Below, in pieces: positions 8,775 through 18,400 of a stretch of DNA of 35,566 nt. Position 1 is the first letter of the stretch, and each line of letters opens with the position of its first letter. The position numbers were made by a program, and so were the translations under genes. The notes beneath the pieces are model-generated. The model was not told the origin of the DNA. It searched no databases and was given only the letters and a program-made list of their open reading frames with translations. Source of the DNA: Eubacteriales bacterium (lineage in GTDB: Bacteria > Bacillota > Clostridia > Christensenellales > CALMFG01); assembly GCA_040883365.1 (NCBI GenBank), contig JBFLKV010000167.1, forward strand, positions 1-35,566. Direction: 5' to 3'.

Positions 8775-10302
8775 AAAAGACACTAATTCGGTTCCTTCCG
8801 CCGTTTTTCGAGGCATACAGCGCCTTGTCCGCACACGTGATTAGCGTATCCACCGACATACCTTTTTGGTAGGCAGCGATACCCACGCTGACCGTCACTT
8901 GATATTCGTGATCGGAGGAAATCATTCTTCTCTTCGCCAATGATTGTCGGAACTTCTCGGCTTCACGATAAGCATCCTCTCGCGTTTCTCGCGTCATCAA
9001 CACCACAAACTCATCGCCACCAAAACGGCCGATAATGCTATTTGCACTAAGCTGGCCTTTCAACATACGACTGAGCGCAATCATAACCGAATCGCCCGTC
9101 ATGTGCCCAAATCGATCATTGACAATTTTAAAACAGTCGATGTCTATCATCATCAGAAAAAGCCGCTTTCCCTGACTATTTGCTTCTGCTATGCGTTTTT
9201 CTGTTTGGGCAAAAAACTCTCTTCGATTATAAAGCTTAGTCATATCGTCTGTCGCGGCGTTATACTCTAGCCTCATCTGATGCTTCTTTTCTTCTGTGAT
9301 GTCCTGTATGTATTTAATATACCCGCAGTCTCGCTGGAAACGGTTGATAATTCTCTCTGTCGAAAATTCATAATACTTCCTGCCTCGCGCCGTATCCCTT
9401 CCCTTAACCGTTTTTTCATTGCTCATCAAAGCATCAATAAATTCCGGCTGTGTGTTTCGGTATGATTTAACATCAACATATGCTAAATCCATATCCTGAT
9501 CTGCAAAATAGTCTTCTGCCTTTTTGTTATAGTCCACAATTCTATCTTCATCATCCAGCACAACAATCGCCTGATTGGAATCTTGAAAAACTCTGTTTCT
9601 GGCAAAAGCATTGATATTAAAAGCATCGTCTCTTATGAGAAGAAGCAAGAAAAGAATGATGGATACCGGAAAAGCCATCGCGTTATAATCCAGGCCGGTA
9701 TGCCCAATGTCGAGCGACGTAATAATAATGCCGATAAACCCAAAAAGGGTAATCATCGCCAGTTTAATCGCTTGTCCACGTAAAATGCCTCTGTTGCTAA
9801 GAAAAACTTTCCAAAAAACAATACTCACCGCCACCAGTTGCAAAATCGAATAGCCATAATGCACATAGTACCAGGGGCCTTTAAACAAATGTAATATACC
9901 CATGCCATTTACAATCTCAAACGTATATCCTGTATAGAAAAGATGGTGCAAAGGATTCGTCAGACGAAACAGAAAGGTTATAGACGGTAACAGGAAAAGG
10001 GCCACGCGGAGTTTGAAAGAAATGCGTTGTAAACGCCTCACGTGTTTTAGTGATACAAATAGCCAAAAGGAGCTGATAAAGGGTAAGGATATGTATTGAA
10101 ACTGATTCCAAAACAGTGCAGATTCTAAAGAGATACTATGTATCTCAATCATATAACCAAAGATGTAGATCGCCAAAAAAATAAGTAGATGGACCACATC
10201 CATCAAATGTGGCGAGTAATTTCTCACAACAATATAGCAGCCACTGTATACAATAACAATAATGCTTAGAAAGAAATGAATTGTCAGTAGATTTAACAGC
10301 AT
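8773..10302 (-). CDS. Membrane-bound diguanylate cyclase (multi-pass N-terminal sensor + PAS-like + GGDEF)
   Basis: About seven hydrophobic segments are followed by a PAS-like stretch (IVVLDDEDRIVDYNKKAEDYF...) and a GGDEF domain with an intact RFGGDEFVV motif. No RxxD I-site sits 5 residues upstream (SANS instead). I place the start at ATG 10302 with an AAGGA Shine-Dalgarno; the track's 10323 is a TTG extension. Confidence 0.88.
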   Translation of the reverse strand: MLLNLLTIHFFLSIIVIVYSGCYIVVRNYSPHLMDVVHLLIFLAIYIFGYMIEIHSISLESALFWNQFQYISLPFISSFWLFVSLKHVRRLQRISFKLRVALFLLPSITFLFRLTNPLHHLFYTGYTFEIVNGMGILHLFKGPWYYVHYGYSILQLVAVSIVFWKVFLSNRGILRGQAIKLAMITLFGFIGIIITSLDIGHTGLDYNAMAFPVSIILFLLLLIRDDAFNINAFARNRVFQDSNQAIVVLDDEDRIVDYNKKAEDYFADQDMDLAYVDVKSYRNTQPEFIDALMSNEKTVKGRDTARGRKYYEFSTERIINRFQRDCGYIKYIQDITEEKKHQMRLEYNAATDDMTKLYNRREFFAQTEKRIAEANSQGKRLFLMMIDIDCFKIVNDRFGHMTGDSVMIALSRMLKGQLSANSIIGRFGGDEFVVLMTRETREDAYREAEKFRQSLAKRRMISSDHEYQVTVSVGIAAYQKGMSVDTLITCADKALYASKNGGRNRISVF

Positions 10303-10556
10303 GGTTTCCTTGTATGGCGGCAAAATGTCGACCGCGTTGTCTGCTAATAATAAATCTGTTTTATGTAACCTAAAAGCATTATATTTAATTTCTTAAGGAT
10401 AATCAACTTTTGTTACAATTTCACATAATCTACGAGGATAATTGTTGATCAGTCGCTTTTTTATATTAAAATCTTATTAATTTTATACAAAGTTTCGTTC
10501 CAAAACATAAATATGGATATATAATAAGGGCAAAATGAATTAAGAAGGAAAACACC

Positions 10557-11594
10557 ATGAAAAGAAGAATTATCTATCTGGCAACGACAGTGGTATTGAT
10601 ATTAGTTTTGTTCTCCCTCACCGGATGCAAAGGAAAAACCTATGACACAGAACCCAGCGCTTCCGCTTCTGCGTCGCCCTCCGTCAGTACCAGTGTGGTA
10701 CCGACATTAGCCGAACCTGAATACGCCAACTGGATATTGACTGAGAACTTTGCCAGCCGCGTGAATTTTCGAAGCTCGCCGAATGTTTTAGAGGATAATC
10801 TTTTAGGGATGATCTACGACCGTGAACCGGTGGTGGTTTTAGACCCATCGATTGAGAGCGAAGATATTGAATGGGCATATATCGAATACGGAGATGAGAA
10901 AGGCTATGTCGCCGCATCCTACATCACCGACGAAGAGCCCTTATCCATCCTAGAAGCCTTTGCCGAAGGAATATACTTAAACGACTATAAATCCGACGAA
11001 ACTTTGCGCTCACAGCTGGTTAAGGTGTCGGATATCGCGCCCACCGTTCTGGTTGATATCACGCTGGCGCAAGAAATAAACTACGTCAGCATATACGCCG
11101 ATGAACAAGGCAATTCCACGGTCGGTGCACTTTATAAAAACGATCATGCGATGATTCAAAAAAGCACAGGAGAAAAGCTGGCAAAAGCCGCCGCATTGCT
11201 TGAAGAAGCGGGATACCAACTGATGCTTTGGGACGCCTATCGGCCATATTTTGTCACTTTGCAAATCTACGAAATCGTCGATGATGAAAAGCTGATTCCT
11301 TACCCCGAACTGGGTGAATCGCTGAACAGCGGGGCGGCTGTGGATGTGACGCTATATAAGGACAACCAGCCGGTGGTGGGTATGCCCACGCCAGACCGTG
11401 TCATCGGTTTTGATGGACAGGTCGTTAAATACTCGGAAAACACTATGCTGGGGCTACTCACCGACGCCATGACGCAAGCGGGTTTTGAGGCGGATAGCGA
11501 AAAATGGTGGCGGTTTAATGACACCAACTATAAAACCTATCCGGTCATAAATTTTGAATTGGAGATTTTCGATCAAGACGATTTGCAAGAATAG
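10557..11594 (+). CDS. Lipoprotein with SH3b domain and VanX/DdpX-like (M15D) domain carrying substituted active-site residues
   Basis: The signal peptide has the lipobox LFSLTG-C24, followed by a Ser/Ala/Pro linker. An SH3b-like segment is present (NFRSSPN...EWAYIEYGDEKGYVAASYI). The VanX-like motifs are LMLWDAYRP, ESLNSGAAVDVTLY and SEKWWRF. Confidence 0.8.
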   Translation: MKRRIIYLATTVVLILVLFSLTGCKGKTYDTEPSASASASPSVSTSVVPTLAEPEYANWILTENFASRVNFRSSPNVLEDNLLGMIYDREPVVVLDPSIESEDIEWAYIEYGDEKGYVAASYITDEEPLSILEAFAEGIYLNDYKSDETLRSQLVKVSDIAPTVLVDITLAQEINYVSIYADEQGNSTVGALYKNDHAMIQKSTGEKLAKAAALLEEAGYQLMLWDAYRPYFVTLQIYEIVDDEKLIPYPELGESLNSGAAVDVTLYKDNQPVVGMPTPDRVIGFDGQVVKYSENTMLGLLTDAMTQAGFEADSEKWWRFNDTNYKTYPVINFELEIFDQDDLQE

Positions 11595-11642
11595 ATAAAT
11601 CGTGATTCCTATGCAGGCTGATGGCTTCCAAGGCGCTTAGTA

Positions 11643-12275
11643 TCAGCTAGATTTAACCTTTGCAACAAGATACACCAGCGGAAAAGAAGACTCCAAAATT
11701 TCCGCCTGTACGATATCAAATCCATAATCATCGATAAAGCGGCAAAAGCTGATTTGTGTCCACTTATGATAAGCGCGAAAACCTGTCCATGACATCAGCT
11801 TAGACATCAAAGCCGCTTTTTTGCTACCCGCATGTACAAAGGTCGGCGCAATCATATATCCCCCTTTTTTCAGTACGCGCTTGATTTCTTCAAGCGCTTT
11901 TTGCGGGTTTGGCATGATATGAAGTGTGTTGGTAATAATCACATAATCAAAGCTTTGATCCTCATATTTCAAATCATAGGCATCTTGAACAGAAAAGTGG
12001 ATATGATCAATTGATTGTTGCGCTGCTTTCTTTTTTGCTTTTGCAATCATTTCTGCAGACAAATCCACCGCTTCGATTGCATCGGTACATTCCGCAATAC
12101 CCAAGGCGATGGTTCCTGTACCTGTCGCAATCTCCAGCACATTTTTGTCTTTTTTTATACACACCTTAATCCTCTCAATAATCACCGAGTACAAAGGCAT
12201 ATCTTTCTTCATAAAGCGATCATACATGGGTGCAAACCGATCCCATACTTTCTTTTCATTCCTCATCGTATCCAT
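11643..12275 (-). CDS. Class I SAM-dependent methyltransferase
   Basis: 210 aa with motif I VLEIATGTGTIALGIA, an acidic loop at AVDLS, and a Methyltransf_11-like layout. The substrate is unknown. Confidence 0.8.
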   Translation of the reverse strand: MDTMRNEKKVWDRFAPMYDRFMKKDMPLYSVIIERIKVCIKKDKNVLEIATGTGTIALGIAECTDAIEAVDLSAEMIAKAKKKAAQQSIDHIHFSVQDAYDLKYEDQSFDYVIITNTLHIMPNPQKALEEIKRVLKKGGYMIAPTFVHAGSKKAALMSKLMSWTGFRAYHKWTQISFCRFIDDYGFDIVQAEILESSFPLVYLVAKVKSS

Positions 12276-12362
12276 CCCTCACTCATTGCGTTTTATTGTT
12301 AGCATCAACTAACTTATAATACTTATGATTTGCTTTCCCGTCAACCGGTTTTTTCGCATCAA

Positions 12363-12395
12363 AAAAAGCTCAGCCATCAATCAGCTGAGCTTTTT
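12363..12395 (-). terminator. Rho-independent terminator after the giant protease gene
   Basis: A perfect 12-bp inverted repeat AAAAAGCTCAGC / GCTGAGCTTTTT with a 9-nt loop. On the minus strand the GC core is followed by a U-run. It lies 25 nt downstream of the stop at 12420. Confidence 0.85.
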
Positions 12396-12419
12396 GGTTA
12401 TCTATTGTTGTTTCTTTTT

Positions 12420-15400
12420 TTAAGATGCCTTCGCACTGGCACTCGCTGCCGGAGCAGGCGCCGTTACCTCAGGCGTCGGTGCATCAGGCGTTACCGTCGG
12501 TGTCGGTGTCGCCTCTGCTTCCTCTTCAGCCTCAACTTCGGGCGCTGTAGAAAGCTCAGGCGTTACACTGGCTGCTGCTTCTGGTTCAATCGCTGTGTAG
12601 TACCATGCACGCAGGATATCCTCTGTCCCGCCTAGGATTGTTTCTCCGTTCTGGTCAGTCAATGTTAAGCCCACCAGCGCGTTTGTTTCATCCAATGCGT
12701 ATCCAGTAATCACCGCATACACGTCCTCGCCCAGCTGTACAACGACCACTGGTGCGTCTTCGACCATGATAATGCTCAGCACATCCGCCATCAACACTTC
12801 TGTTTCAGTATAATCACTGATTTTGGCCTCTTCGCCTAGCGCCATTAACTGCGCATATTCCAAGCTACTGATGTCATCTGGCTTATCCGCTGCGCTGGCA
12901 CTTGGGCTCGCGCTCGGACTAATGCTCGCGCTTGAATCTGCACTTGCTTCTGCGCTTGGGCTTGCTTCGGCACTCGCACTCGGGCTTACGCTCGGGCTCG
13001 CACTCGGGCTGGCGGACGCTTCTTCTTCGATTTGCAATAATGCTACATCTTCCAAGGAAGCAAGATAATATCCGTCTTCCGCATTGTCTGCAAAGGCTTT
13101 CGCGTCTATACCACTTCTTCCCTGACTGCGCACTTGAACTCTGAATTTATAATCGCCACTGTCACTCGGTGTAAAGGTAATTTCATCTGCAGTAACCCAT
13201 GAAGTGATATACACCCACGTGTTGGTTCTCTTACCTGCCATTGCGTAAGCGTAGCGATATTCCTTCACCTTGTTATATCCGCCATCGTCTGTTGTCGTGG
13301 TCAATGTAATGTATTCCTCATCGCTTACGACCGCCGCCAGTTCTGCTGTCTGCACAGGCGCAATGTTATAAAGCTCAAAGCTGTCGTCTGAGTAATCCTC
13401 AATTTTGGTATTACCCTCAATCCGCGCTTTTAATCGGATCGTTACATTATTTTTACCCGACAGTTCTACCAGATTCAAATTGACATCAATCGATCCAGTG
13501 CCACTATCATCATATTCCGTCCATGGATGTGCACTCAGACCATACCAATTCCTCCCGTTCGTTGAATAAACAAGCCTGTATTCCACCGTTCCGCTTGCCG
13601 GTTCACTGATGGCAATATGTGCGGGGATGGTGTCCGTATACTCATAGACATCTTCATCAATCACAAGTTCGGTTGTCACTTCACGTTCTTCGGCCAGCAT
13701 TGATACGACTACCGGTTCACTCTGGGCATCCACGCTGGTTCTGCCGATTGTGCGCACCTGCGTTTTCATATAAAAGGTTCTTTCTATTCGAGTAGCGGGC
13801 AATGTAGTTGTTACCATGCCATCAAAGTTGCTCGCCGTTGTGAGTGTCTGCCAAGTATTTAACGGTCTGTATGTCTTTCCTCCGTTTACCGAGTACAAGA
13901 CGCGATATTCCATTCCAGCATCATTACCCGATGCGATTATTCCCATATCCATCTCGGTTTCTGTGCCAATGATATAATCGGCATCTTCATCTAAGATGGC
14001 TGTTGTCACATCTAGCGCTGGCTCAGCTACAAAGTAGAAATTAATCGCTTGACCAAGCTCTTTTGTAACATCTGGTCTGTTGATGTTTCTTCCTGTTGAT
14101 GCTGCTTTCACCATGAATTCATAGGTGCCTTCCGTTCTCGGTCGGAAGAACGCTTGGTTATTATTAGTATACCTCGCTGAAATCGCTCTCCATTTTTTTG
14201 TGCCTTCCAAACGATAATAGAATTTATAGGTTGCATCGTCATTTGCCACTGCTGTCAAAGTCAGTCCATCGGTTTTTTCCACAAGCACAGTCTTGCCAAG
14301 CACAGCATCCGATGTAAAGCTATCAATACTTGTCAATGGATCGACCATATAAACGTCAACTTCACATACATCATAAGTATTAATGAGCGTATGTCCTTTG
14401 GTCCTTGCTTCAACACGAATATAGTAGGTTGTATCCCTTCTTACCGAAGGTAGTGTAAGGCTTGTTACAGCATCTACAACTGACTCAGGACCGCCTAAAT
14501 CCCATTCATATCCGGGAAGCCTACGATAACTTCTTCCGTTCGTTGAGTAAGAAATCTGTACTTCGTACTGATCGATTCCATTGCCGTCAACGCTGAATGT
14601 CAAGTCTACATCGTTACCCGCTGAATTGTTGACGAGCTCGTCTGCATTCAACGAGGCCTCCACTTTCTGGACCCCAAGGCTACTTTTATAAAGCCCATAA
14701 TAATCCGTTTCTTCAGATACAGTGTCAATCGTCGTGCGCGTCTTGCTTCTTGCCTCAACCCGGAACTTATACTGCCCATCATTTTTTGGTTTAAACACAA
14801 TGCTTCTATATTTAGACCATTTTGCATTAACATAGGCCCACTTATCGGTACCATATTTCTGATATGCAAATCGATACTCAACATCTTTCGCATGTGTTGC
14901 ATACAGCGTAATACCCGTTCCGATTCTCTGCTGTTGATTTGTGTTTCCAACACTGACGATTCCGATTTCGCCATCCTCGACCGGATAGGCTGTCAGCATT
15001 TCCACCTGCGTTACCGCAGAGGCATCTACCGCGCTGGTTCGGCCTTCGGTTCTTATCATCACCTTAATATAGTAGATAGTATCCTTGGCCACGATTGGCA
15101 GTACCGGCACCTTCACTATAGCGTCATAGTCTTCGCCAAGCACCATCGACATCGGTTGATAGTCTTCAAGCATCACGTATTCTTTATTATTGGTGGAATA
15201 CCACAGTTGATACTCAACGGCGTCGCCGTCGCTGTTTGTAGCAATATCCATCGTCAATGTCACCATTTGGCCATTGACATAGTCTTTCTTTCCTGATGTC
15301 AAGTTATATACTGCTTTTGCGGATTCGGCGTTCTTATATAGCGTATATCCCCGATAATCATAATCCACTGTATCAACGGTTGTTCTGCCGCTGGACATGG

Positions 15401-18400
15401 CTGTTACTTTAAAGTAGTAAATGCCTTCTGTTTCGGGTAAGAACTGCACGTTATGGTTCGTTGTGTATTCTTCGTTGATAACCACCCAGCTTTTACTGCC
15501 CTGTTTACGATAACTAAACTGATAGGCTGCTTTCTCTTTGTAACCTGGCATGTTTTCCGAATCTGCGGTCAACGTAATACCTTCAACCGGTAGCACCTGT
15601 ACGCCCTCTGTGTCCCCCACACTCGTAAGCGTTACGCTTTTCAGAGGCATAATAGCATACGATGTCACTCTTTCTATATTTGATCGATCAAAGAGCGTGG
15701 CTGTGGTCACACCTTTAACACGCAACTCTACCACATAGCGATAGCGCGCATCGGTAATGGGTGTTGGCGGGGTGATCTCAATTTCTGTCAAACCTGCTTC
15801 AGGGTAATCATCCCATCCAAAGCCTGTCACAGTTGTAAAGGAACCTCCGTTTGTGCTGTAAAGCACACGATACTCCAATGCATACCGCTCAGGAATACCG
15901 ACCAAGTCCACGTCTACTCCAAGCGTCACCGCTTCTCCGGCAGATATCACACTTCTGGATATGCCGGTTAGTTTCACACGACCTAAGTCAATGGGGGCTG
16001 GATTAGCAACGCTCAATGACTTGACTGCTTTAACGCCTTCATCATTCTCGTTACCACCGACTCGCGCAGAGACTCGGATACGCCATGATCCCCTACCGTC
16101 TGCATACCAGGTGATTGTGTCTTCTCCCCAGTCCGAGATGGTTTCCCAATCGCCGTTATTATATCTGGCTTCAAACTTATACTCAGCTGAATCTCCCACT
16201 TCGATTATCTTTGAATTGGCCTTCGCCGTAATCGTAATATCTTCATATGCCTTCGGCTTCGCATTCGAGCAGGTGATGGTCACTTTTCCAAGTGATTCCT
16301 GATGATTCCTCACCACTTCGATACCTGCGGTCTGCATGGTGGCTTCATTCACAGCCGAAGCACTACCATCCGAAAAATCGATATAGTTGCCGGTTACATC
16401 CACCTTAAGCAGATTGCTGGAAGCCGACCAGTCCGGCAGTTCGGTGACTTCGGAATCGCTAATTTCAAAGTACTTAACCGAGTTCCAACCAATCAGTCTT
16501 GGGAATTCCTCCACCTTGGTATTGTTAAAGATCGCATACTCCAAATATTGAAGATTCCCAAAAACACTCAAGTCGGTAATCGTTGGTGAATTGTACACGT
16601 ATAGTGTTTCAAGATTCTCAGCTAAGGTAACATTCGTTGTGTTTTTCATGTTTTTAACCGCAATATAGTCGGTCATCAACATCACGCTCATCTGCACTTG
16701 TGAACCATCGGTCAGTGCATAATAACGCTCAAAGAAATTTTGCAAGCTGGCGTCCGGAATACTGCAGGTCACGTTCGGGTCATATGTCGTCATTGAAACC
16801 GAATAATCGCCTCGGTCCCCATAGAAAGACTGCAATGCAAAATAGTAGGTCTTTCCGGCTTCCAAATATTTAGATATTCCGCAATTGTAATAGTAAAGAT
16901 TCTTGTTGTCCGGATTAACGATATCATCATTTTCATCAATCTTGGTTCCTGTATCGCTATACAAAACTACGGCTACGTCAGTGTCACCTGTCGAGTTGAA
17001 ATAGTAACTTCTTGTCTGAGACGGTACAAAGACAAAGTAGTCAATATCATCCGACGTTTCGAGTGTGCCAGATATTTTTTCGCTTACGCCAATGCTGACT
17101 GCCGAAGCAAAAGAATCTCCGTTGGTGTCTTCTTCAATCACCAGCGAGTAAGGTGACAGACTGGTCGACGCCGAAACATAGACAAGATAGCTGCCTTCTT
17201 CCGTATTTAATATGTCAAACGTATCGCCCGCATCGCTCTCGCTACCCGTATACAGTCGGTTTCCACTTGTATCCTCAACCATCATCTGTGCCGACTTTGT
17301 ATCGCCATTCACATTCAGATTGATGGATATATTCGTGTTCGCTTCGGTCTGCACTTCGTATACGTCCATATCGTCGGGCGATTCAATATATGATCCCGTG
17401 CTTTCGCCGGCCACAACGCTCTTCGCGTTCGCCTCGGTGTCACCCACGACATCCTGATAGGTAACCAGGCTGTATTCGCCTGTTGCGCCTTGAACACTAA
17501 TATAGTAGGTTTCGCCCTTGGCTGCCGAGAATGTGTATTCCTGGTCTTGCGCAAGTGTTGTCTCAACGGCTACATTCATGTCCTCAGAGTAGATGTTGAT
17601 ATCCAGAGATTGAGAATCCAATCCCTCGCTTAGCATCAAAATATCGCTATCACTACCTGATGTATATGAGAACCAGTCGATATCACCGTCATAATCGATG
17701 GCGCTGACCACTTCCTTCGCGTTAGAAATCGCATATGCGTTGTCCTGCTCGCCAACATCAAGAACCAGCATAACTGCTTTATTCGCATTGACAACCCCAT
17801 TGCCATAATATATATCTTTTCCAGCCTGCCCCAAATCATCTGCTGACTGGTATAAAACATCCTTCACTTCGCTAACACTCAAAGAACTGTCCGCTTGTAG
17901 CATCAGTGCTACAACACCTGCCACCACCGGACTGGACATCGATGTTCCGCTCGCTTCAGAATAGGTTTTGCTATAAGTTGTTGAGATCATGCTTTCGCCG
18001 GGTGCCGCGATATCCGTTGCTTCACCGTAGTTAGAAAATGACGAAAACGCACCGTCCAAACCTGTGCTGCTGACCGAAATGGCATCCTTACAGTCTGCCG
18101 GCCATGATCCGTCACTAGATGCATCATTACCCGCCGCACAAACCACCACAACACCCGAGTTTACAGCATTTGAAATCGCTGTATCCAGCAGTGCATCATA
18201 GGTTGGGCTGGAGAAAGACATGTTAATCACATCCGCGCCAGCCACGACAGCGTAGTTGATGCCTTTGATAATGTTATCCGATGTTCCGGATCCTGTTTTG
18301 TCTAAAACTTTAACAGCAAGCAACTTGGCTCCGGGGGCTACGCCGGCAACACCTTTGCTATTATTTGCTTCGGCCGCAACAATACCCGCCACTTGTGTGC

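Noticed and set aside
10303-10556. Repeated GGATAAT / ATCAAC...GTTGAT elements in the divergent DGC / lipoprotein intergenic region.
   Set aside because: The matches are short and lie in very AT-rich promoter DNA. I could not distinguish them from chance or define a convincing operator.
12823-13068. An 81-aa plus-strand ORF (MASSPSAINC...LALGLALGL...).
   Set aside because: It is the mirror image of the Ser/Ala/Pro linker-coding repeats of the protease gene, so it is an artefact of low-complexity DNA.
14892-16589. Plus-strand ORFs of 95-134 aa (14892..15296, 15961..16302, 16302..16589) inside the giant protease gene.
   Set aside because: They are antisense to a continuous 6.8-kb reading frame with coherent domain structure. 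They have no Shine-Dalgarno and no motifs.
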